This document shows positions 57,957 to 64,000 of a stretch of 64,000 nucleotides of DNA, piece by piece (the first letter of the stretch is position 1; the number at the start of each line of letters is the position of its first letter). This DNA is from Candidatus Cloacimonadales bacterium (GTDB taxonomy: Bacteria; Cloacimonadota; Cloacimonadia; Cloacimonadales; JAIOQZ01). The position numbers were made by a program, and so were the translations under genes. The stretch spans positions 2,912,001 to 2,976,000 of the forward strand of contig CAXXTU010000002.1 in NCBI GenBank assembly GCA_963662655.2, given 5' to 3'. The notes under the pieces were generated by a model. It was not told the DNA's origin. It did not search any database and saw only the letters and a program-made list of their open reading frames with translations.

Positions 57957-60581
57957 ATGATACATGATAGATCGAGAATAGAGCATATCGAGATAGAAGA
58001 TGTCTTGAAGAAAGCGTACATGGAATACTCCATGAGCGTGATCGTTTCCCGTGCGCTACCGGATGCGAGAGACGGCTTGAAGCCGTCGCAGCGGCGCATT
58101 CTCTACGCGATGAACGAACTGAACCTTACGCCGGGACGCGGCTTCCGTAAGTGCGCGAAGATTTCCGGCGACACCTCGGGTAACTACCATCCGCACGGCG
58201 AGCAGGTAATTTATCCCACGCTCGTTCGTATGGCACAGCCCTGGAGTTTGCGATATCAGCTCATCGACGGCCAGGGTAACTTCGGTTCGCAAGACGGTGA
58301 CGGCCCGGCTGCCATGCGTTATACGGAAGCGAGACTACAAAAAGCCGCGGTCGACCTGATGCTGGATCTGGATAAAGACACCGTTGATTTCCAGCCGAAC
58401 TACGACGACACGCGCAAAGAGCCCAAGGTTTTCCCGTCGAAATTCCCCAACCTTCTTGCGAACGGTTCCTCGGGTATCGCGGTGGGTATGGCAACCAATA
58501 TGGCTCCGCATAACATCAAGGAAGTGTGCAACGGCATCATCGCACAGATCGACAACCCCGATCTCGATCCGCTCGATCTGCTGGCATACATCAAGGGTCC
58601 GGACTTCCCGACCGGCGGTTTCGTGATCGGCAGAAACGGAATCAGAGAGTATTTCAAGACGGGTCACGGCAAGCTCATTATGCGCGGAAAGGCCGCCATC
58701 GAGACGAAGAACAACAATTCCGAGCAGATTGTGATCACCGAGATTCCCTACCGGCTGAACAAGACTCTCCTGATAGAAAAGATTGTATCGCTTGTTAAGG
58801 ACAAACGTATCGACGGCATTTCCGACATCCGCGACGAATCGGGACGCCAGGGAATGCGACTCGTGATCACGATCAAACGTGGCCACGAAGCCAACAGCGT
58901 GCTCAACAAGCTCTATAAATATTCACAGTTGCAGGATACCTTCAGCGTGACCAACCGCGCGCTGGTCAATGGAGAACCCAAAGTTCTCAGCATGAAGGAG
59001 CTTATCCAGAGCTACGTCGATTTCCGTCATGGGATCATCGTCCGCAGGACGCAGTTCGAGCTCGATAAAGCGGAGAAGCGTCTTCACATCCTGGAAGGTT
59101 ACCGCATAGCGCTGGACAACATCGACGAAGTGATCAAGACGATCCGCGAATCGAAGACGGTTCAGGACGCGAGCGATAATCTGCAATCGCGCTTCGGCCT
59201 TTCTGAAATCCAGGCGAAAGCGATTCTGGAAATGCGTTTGCAGAAGCTTACCGGGCTGGAACGCGACAAGGTGGAAGAGGAGTACCTTCAGTTGGTGGAA
59301 ACCGTGAAGAACCTCAAGGAAATCCTCGAAAAGCGCGAGCTTCGTATGCAGATCATCAAGGATGAGGTTACGGAAATTCGCGAGAAGTACGGCGACGATC
59401 GTCGCACCGTCATTCTGGACGGCTCGGCGGATATCGAAACCGAGGATATGATCGCCGACGAAGAGATGGTTGTCACCATTTCTCACGAAGGCTACATCAA
59501 GCGCCTTCCGATCGACACCTACCGCAAGCAGGGTCGCGGCGGTAAGGGGCTTTCGGGGTCAAACCTGAAGGACGAAGACTTCATCGAGACCATCTTCGTC
59601 GCCTCGACGCACTCCTATATTCTCTTCTTTACCGATCAGGGAATGTGCTACTGGCTCAAGGTGCACAGAATTCCTCGCATGGGTCGTCTGGCACGCGGTA
59701 AGGCGATTGTCAACCTGCTCCAGCTCAAGGACGAGAAGGTCAAGGCGTTCGTCACCGTGCGCGATTTCAGCAATCCGCATTTCATCACGATGGTCACTAA
59801 GAACGGCGTGGTGAAAAAGACCTCACTCGAAGCCTATTCACGTCCGCGCATTAACGGCATTATCGCGATCAAGCTCATCGAAGGCGATGAACTGATCGAT
59901 GCCAAGATCACCGAGGGCGATAACGATATCATCCTGGCAACCTGGAACGGTTTCGCCAATCGCTTCAACGAAAACGACGTCCGCGCGCAGGGACGCAACT
60001 CCCAGGGCGTTCGCGGCATCAGCTTGCGGCCGGGAGATCGCGTGGTCGCGATGGTCGTGATCAAGCGGGAAGGAACGCTGCTTTCCATCAGCGAAAACGG
60101 CTTCGGAAAACGAACGGAGATCAGCAGCTACACCGTGACCAAGCGTGGCTCGAAAGGTGTTATCACCCTGAAGACAACCGAGCGCAACGGGCATCTGGTT
60201 TCGTTGCTCGAGGTGGTGGATAACGACGATCTGATCATTATCACCATCAACGGTATGATTATCCGTCAGGCGGTCGCCAATATCAGCGTGATCGGAAGAA
60301 ACACGCAGGGAATCAAGCTCATTGGCCTCAACAAGGAAGACAAGGTGATCGACGTCTCGCGCATCGCGGCTGAAGAAGAGTATGACGATGATGACGACGA
60401 GAACGCGGAACCCGTCTCGGAAGAAGAACTCTATGCCGAGTATGAGGACGAGGAAATCCCTGACGAGAACGAGTACGTGGAAGGCGACGACGACGACGAG
60501 GAAGACGAGGAGGGGTCGGCAGACGATCTGGAGAGCGAAGAAGAAACCGATGACGAATCCGAACCTGAAGAAGAAGAATAA
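57957..60581 (+). CDS. gyrA: DNA gyrase subunit A
   Basis: RALPDARDGLKP, YHPHG, catalytic AAMRYTE, GIAVGMATN and GPDFPTGG motifs; GyrA box QGRGGKG; beta-pinwheel repeats; acidic tail. Confidence 0.96.
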   Translation: MIHDRSRIEHIEIEDVLKKAYMEYSMSVIVSRALPDARDGLKPSQRRILYAMNELNLTPGRGFRKCAKISGDTSGNYHPHGEQVIYPTLVRMAQPWSLRYQLIDGQGNFGSQDGDGPAAMRYTEARLQKAAVDLMLDLDKDTVDFQPNYDDTRKEPKVFPSKFPNLLANGSSGIAVGMATNMAPHNIKEVCNGIIAQIDNPDLDPLDLLAYIKGPDFPTGGFVIGRNGIREYFKTGHGKLIMRGKAAIETKNNNSEQIVITEIPYRLNKTLLIEKIVSLVKDKRIDGISDIRDESGRQGMRLVITIKRGHEANSVLNKLYKYSQLQDTFSVTNRALVNGEPKVLSMKELIQSYVDFRHGIIVRRTQFELDKAEKRLHILEGYRIALDNIDEVIKTIRESKTVQDASDNLQSRFGLSEIQAKAILEMRLQKLTGLERDKVEEEYLQLVETVKNLKEILEKRELRMQIIKDEVTEIREKYGDDRRTVILDGSADIETEDMIADEEMVVTISHEGYIKRLPIDTYRKQGRGGKGLSGSNLKDEDFIETIFVASTHSYILFFTDQGMCYWLKVHRIPRMGRLARGKAIVNLLQLKDEKVKAFVTVRDFSNPHFITMVTKNGVVKKTSLEAYSRPRINGIIAIKLIEGDELIDAKITEGDNDIILATWNGFANRFNENDVRAQGRNSQGVRGISLRPGDRVVAMVVIKREGTLLSISENGFGKRTEISSYTVTKRGSKGVITLKTTERNGHLVSLLEVVDNDDLIIITINGMIIRQAVANISVIGRNTQGIKLIGLNKEDKVIDVSRIAAEEEYDDDDDENAEPVSEEELYAEYEDEEIPDENEYVEGDDDDEEDEEGSADDLESEEETDDESEPEEEE

Positions 60582-60603
60582 ACTATAAGACAGAAGATAT
60601 TCA

Positions 60604-60646
60604 AATCCCCGGCGCGCTCGATGAGGTGTCGGGGATTTTTCTCTTT
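60604..60646 (+). terminator. Intrinsic terminator after gyrA
   Basis: aaatccccggcgc...gtgtcggggatttt stem followed by a T-rich tract. Confidence 0.7.
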
Positions 60647-60696
60647 ACAAAAAAGAAAGCTGTGTTGTTAATCGAGTGGGTTAATGTCGTCCCAGA

Positions 60697-60788
60697 TGTC
60701 ATGCGAGTGATGCGTCAGCATCGTATCGAAGTATCGACATCGAACGCACCTTCGATACACCCCGACAAGTCGGGGCGCTCAGGGTGAA
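60697..60788. repeat. REP-like multi-hairpin element
   Basis: gtatcgaag (60723-60731)/cttcgatac (60750-60758) stem flanked by hairpins gatgc-gtca-gcatc and ccccgac-aa-gtcgggg. Confidence 0.5.
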
Positions 60789-60816
60789 CCAAACGTTAAC
60801 TTACGGCGAGGTGTAT

Positions 60817-61272
60817 ATGTCGCTTTTCAGTGAAGATTTGATTTTCGTACATCCGCAGTGCCTGGATAAGGACCACTGTCTAAAAAAAATGGTCACGTTT
60901 CTTGAAGAGCGAGGTTATATAGATGCAAGCAAAGATTTTCTGCAGAAAGTGATGGAGCGCGAGGAGGCAATGAGTACCGGAATCGGGTATGGAATCGCCA
61001 TTCCGCATGGACGCAGTAAATCTGTGCATGATCTGAAAATACTTGTATATATCCTTGACAAGGCAATCGATTTCGAGTCGATTGACCGACAACCGGTGCG
61101 TATTATTTTTCTCTTTGCAATCCCAGAAGAAGGCAAGGAGAAATATATGCCGGTGCTGGGAGCTGTATCGCAGTTTCTGCGTAATAGCGATAATCGTAAT
61201 AATCTAACAAGCGCAACCTCGCCAAGCGAGGTTTTGCTTCTGCTTCAAGAGATTAAAATCGGGAGTAATTGA
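60817..61272 (+). CDS. PTS EIIA-domain protein (PtsN/fructose-mannitol EIIA type)
   Basis: REEAMSTGIGYGIAIPHGR phospho-His motif and IDFESIDRQPV; start moved to ATG 60817 (GAGG SD). Confidence 0.9.
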   Translation: MSLFSEDLIFVHPQCLDKDHCLKKMVTFLEERGYIDASKDFLQKVMEREEAMSTGIGYGIAIPHGRSKSVHDLKILVYILDKAIDFESIDRQPVRIIFLFAIPEEGKEKYMPVLGAVSQFLRNSDNRNNLTSATSPSEVLLLLQEIKIGSN

Positions 61273-62222
61273 TGCGAATCAGCCGTATAATGCTTGTAGC
61301 TGTCGTTCTTGGATGGGCAGCTTTTTCTTATGCGATTCATGATGATGCTGGGACAACGGGTTTCAGCTTCCTGCGAATGAACTTCTCCACTCGCGCAGCC
61401 GCTATGGCGAATGCCCATACCGCGGATGTGGGAACGGCGGACGGAGTGTTCTTCAACACCGCCGGGCTCACCTACGCAGACGGTACGCAGATGTCCGTTT
61501 CCGGTATCAGCTATATCGAAGGTTTCTACGGAGGTTCAGCCGTCTTCATGAAATCTGTCGAAGAGAAATTCAAGATCGCGGTTTTCACGCAGACTCTCTC
61601 CAAAAGCGGAATCACTCGAACAACGGTTGACGATAACGGCTACTATGCAGGAGAGGATGGAACCTATGGGACTTCCGAATTCGTGTTCGGTCTCGGCACG
61701 GGTTTCAATATCGCCCCTGTGATCGACGGCGGTATCAACATCAAATATATCCATGAATCCATCGACGAGAACAGCGCTTCGGCCATTGCGATCGACGTCT
61801 CTCTGCTTCATCAGACCGTGAATGAGAAAATCAAGATTGGTCTGGCGATGAAAAACCTCGGTACGCAGCTCACTTATTTTACCGATTCCAAGCACGAGGA
61901 AGGTCTGCCTTTCGGTTTTACCGCCGGGCTCAACTACAATCCCACCAAAAAACTGCTCATAGATTTCGATGTGGATATCCCGCTCGACTACGACATCACC
62001 GGACGCCTGGGTACAGAGTATCGTCTGCACGACATGCTTGCGCTCCGTGCCGGCTATAAGTACGAAGGACACCAGTGGAAAACGGGTGGCGACTACGATC
62101 CCTTCTCCGGATTCTCATGTGGATTTGGGGTATACTGGAACAGCTTTGTCATCGATTACGCGGTGAGCTCTTACGGCGATCTGGGATTCGTGAATCAGGC
62201 AGCGGTATCTTACAAGTTCTAA
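61272..62222 (+). CDS. PorV/PorQ-family (UPF0164-like) outer-membrane beta-barrel, T9SS shuttle-like
   Basis: Signal peptide; AGTTGFSFL...RAAAMANA...VFFNTAGL; LALRAGY; IDYA...GDLG; terminal YKF. Confidence 0.8.
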   Translation: MRISRIMLVAVVLGWAAFSYAIHDDAGTTGFSFLRMNFSTRAAAMANAHTADVGTADGVFFNTAGLTYADGTQMSVSGISYIEGFYGGSAVFMKSVEEKFKIAVFTQTLSKSGITRTTVDDNGYYAGEDGTYGTSEFVFGLGTGFNIAPVIDGGINIKYIHESIDENSASAIAIDVSLLHQTVNEKIKIGLAMKNLGTQLTYFTDSKHEEGLPFGFTAGLNYNPTKKLLIDFDVDIPLDYDITGRLGTEYRLHDMLALRAGYKYEGHQWKTGGDYDPFSGFSCGFGVYWNSFVIDYAVSSYGDLGFVNQAAVSYKF

Positions 62223-62231
62223 AACAAATAT

Positions 62232-63551
62232 TTATTCGTCTATATCGGTCGATCGATCCAGATCGACCATTTTTTCTTCATCCGTATAGTTGTCGAACAC
62301 GACATTCTTGATCTTCTGTAGCTTCTGGAGAATCTCCTGCATTCTCTCGATGGATTCCCGGATTCTCCCGAACCTCTTCCTAGAGCTTTCATCCACCGTT
62401 TTCGACGCTTCAAGCATCTCGAGATTCATCAGCATGACCTGAAGCGGCTGATTCATCTCGTGGCTGGCCGTAACGCTGATGGCAGAAATATTCTCCAGCA
62501 TTTCGAGGCGCTTCTTGCTGTAGGTGTACTTGGTGATGATGATGGTCGAAACAGTCAGAAGAAGGAAAATCACCGATAAAATAATCAGGCGAACTACAAA
62601 GGTTTTGTGCGTTAACTGGAAAACGTCATAGTCCCTATCGAGTTGAAGGAAGTACCCGATTTTCTCGTTGCTGTAATTGACGATAGGAATGCCCGTTATA
62701 CTGTATCTGTTGTCGGAATTCTTGAGCTGGCGGGAAAAAGGAAGAAGCTCTTCGAATGCTTGACAACACTTGCTGTTTATCTTGTGTTCCGGCAGATAGG
62801 GTATCACTTTCTCCGTGAAAGAAGAATCCACTGCATTCACATCGATGTAATAATTGGGATTCAACCTGCTTTCTGCATAATTTTCCGACCGTTGCTCCTT
62901 AAAAACTTTCTTGTCGACTACTTCTTTTGAAATGAGAAAATGGTAGTCATAATTGAACAATTCCTTCAGGTTATGGATTATTGCCAGCACGGAAGTGCTG
63001 ATTTCAACAGAACCAACATGCTCGCCCCGGTAGAAGATTGGAAAAACGAAACGAAATCCATTGAATATTCGCCCTTCTTCAAAACCTGATTGCTCTGTTT
63101 TCTGAAGGTTCGTTTCCAGAACGGTCTTCCTCACGTCACCCAGGATATCGCCGTATTTCCCGGGCTTGTGCATGCGCAGGAAGCTCTCTGTTGAAGGCAA
63201 GTGATAGTGTAACTGCCTGAAATTGTATTTCTTTATGACTGAATAAAGGTACAAGTTTCTCTCGTATAGCTCATAGCGAATTTTGTTTTTTTGCAGCGTG
63301 TTTTCTGCATGGGAAGCTTTGAACATCAAGTATTCGATATCCGATTCATTTATCTGTGTTTCGTATAGCATACGGGCGATGTTATGGTAAATCTTCTCTG
63401 TGATAGCGACGCGATTCTTTAGTGTTTCAATCTTGGATGTCTGTATGGTCTGTAGCTTGTTCTGATAGTTAATGGATATGAATACAAAAGATAAAACAAG
63501 AAAAATGAATATAATAGCTATGATAGCGTAGCTGCTTTGTCGCGGTGTCAT
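62232..63551 (-). CDS. Cache-domain membrane sensor with HisKA dimerisation domain but no ATPase domain
   Basis: Two TM segments flanking RQLHYHLP...SFLRMHKP...GFEEGR..GFRFVFPI...GSVE (Cache_3-Cache_2-like); H-box ASHEMNQPL; ends about 75 aa later. Confidence 0.75.
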   Translation of the reverse strand: MTPRQSSYAIIAIIFIFLVLSFVFISINYQNKLQTIQTSKIETLKNRVAITEKIYHNIARMLYETQINESDIEYLMFKASHAENTLQKNKIRYELYERNLYLYSVIKKYNFRQLHYHLPSTESFLRMHKPGKYGDILGDVRKTVLETNLQKTEQSGFEEGRIFNGFRFVFPIFYRGEHVGSVEISTSVLAIIHNLKELFNYDYHFLISKEVVDKKVFKEQRSENYAESRLNPNYYIDVNAVDSSFTEKVIPYLPEHKINSKCCQAFEELLPFSRQLKNSDNRYSITGIPIVNYSNEKIGYFLQLDRDYDVFQLTHKTFVVRLIILSVIFLLLTVSTIIITKYTYSKKRLEMLENISAISVTASHEMNQPLQVMLMNLEMLEASKTVDESSRKRFGRIRESIERMQEILQKLQKIKNVVFDNYTDEEKMVDLDRSTDIDE

Positions 63552-63650
63552 CCGATCTCCTTATCACAAACAAAATAAGGAAAGGAAGCAAACAAACAAA
63601 TGTCAAGGTAATAATCAGCCGGAAGATATTTTAACTTACATAAATTATTA

Positions 63651-64000
63651 TCAAAAATACACCTTCAGCCGTAGCATCCCTCCAATGTCGGAAGCGCCGT
63701 ATTCCGAGTTGTGATTACCGACGGGAAGATATACGACAATATCCGATTCGATGTTGTCGCCAAGCGTGAAATCAACCCAGGGGTACAGCATCGCGCTACC
63801 GTCGCTGGCATTGTAAAGGACGTAGAGCGAGCCGTTCATGAGCTCCGTGATCGGATACTGAGCCATGGTAAAGGCGTAATTGCGCCCGAGGGACTCGATA
63901 CTGCCATCCAGGAGGTTGACCCAGTCGTAGAAGGTGTAGTCGTCGCTTGTATCTTCACCTCTTTCGTTGTAGAAATACTCTGCCATCAGGTAGAGGCCGT
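63651..64000 (-). CDS. Hypothetical outer-membrane-type protein, C-terminal part (continues beyond the window)
   Basis: Open frame to the window edge; EYFYN..G, N..DGS and SEYG motifs; ends LRLKVYF (terminal Phe). Confidence 0.6.
   Translation of the reverse strand, partial: GLYLMAEYFYNERGEDTSDDYTFYDWVNLLDGSIESLGRNYAFTMAQYPITELMNGSLYVLYNASDGSAMLYPWVDFTLGDNIESDIVVYLPVGNHNSEYGASDIGGMLRLKVYF

Overview
64 kb of bacterial chromosome with no CRISPR array, tRNA/rRNA gene or transposase that I can recognise. The gene content suggests an FCB-group anaerobe, most likely Candidatus Cloacimonadota (inference). Housekeeping genes: ruvB, coaX, rsmI, rarA, mtnA, ftsB-like, gyrB, gyrA. Type IX secretion (T9SS)-related genes: a 2055-aa SprA-like translocon, a PorV-family barrel, and three large acidic cargo proteins with FlgD/T9SS-type C-terminal domains (two C25 gingipain-like proteins and a 2368-aa adhesin-like protein). 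Also present: an MCE/Mla-type transporter operon, a surface-polysaccharide cluster and mntP. The most unusual observations are: (1) three intergenic elements (~720-895, ~10952-11127, ~30968-31084) that share a four-way-junction fold despite divergent arm sequences; (2) an MCE operon whose PqiC-like lipoprotein is fused to a probable outer-membrane beta-barrel; (3) a C25 protein lacking the catalytic His next to an intact paralogue; (4) split-FN3 modules with Arg-rich linkers in the giant cargo protein; (5) an apparently leaderless mntP; and (6) a sensor-HisKA protein with no ATPase domain. All family calls come from motif recognition by eye, with no database searches.
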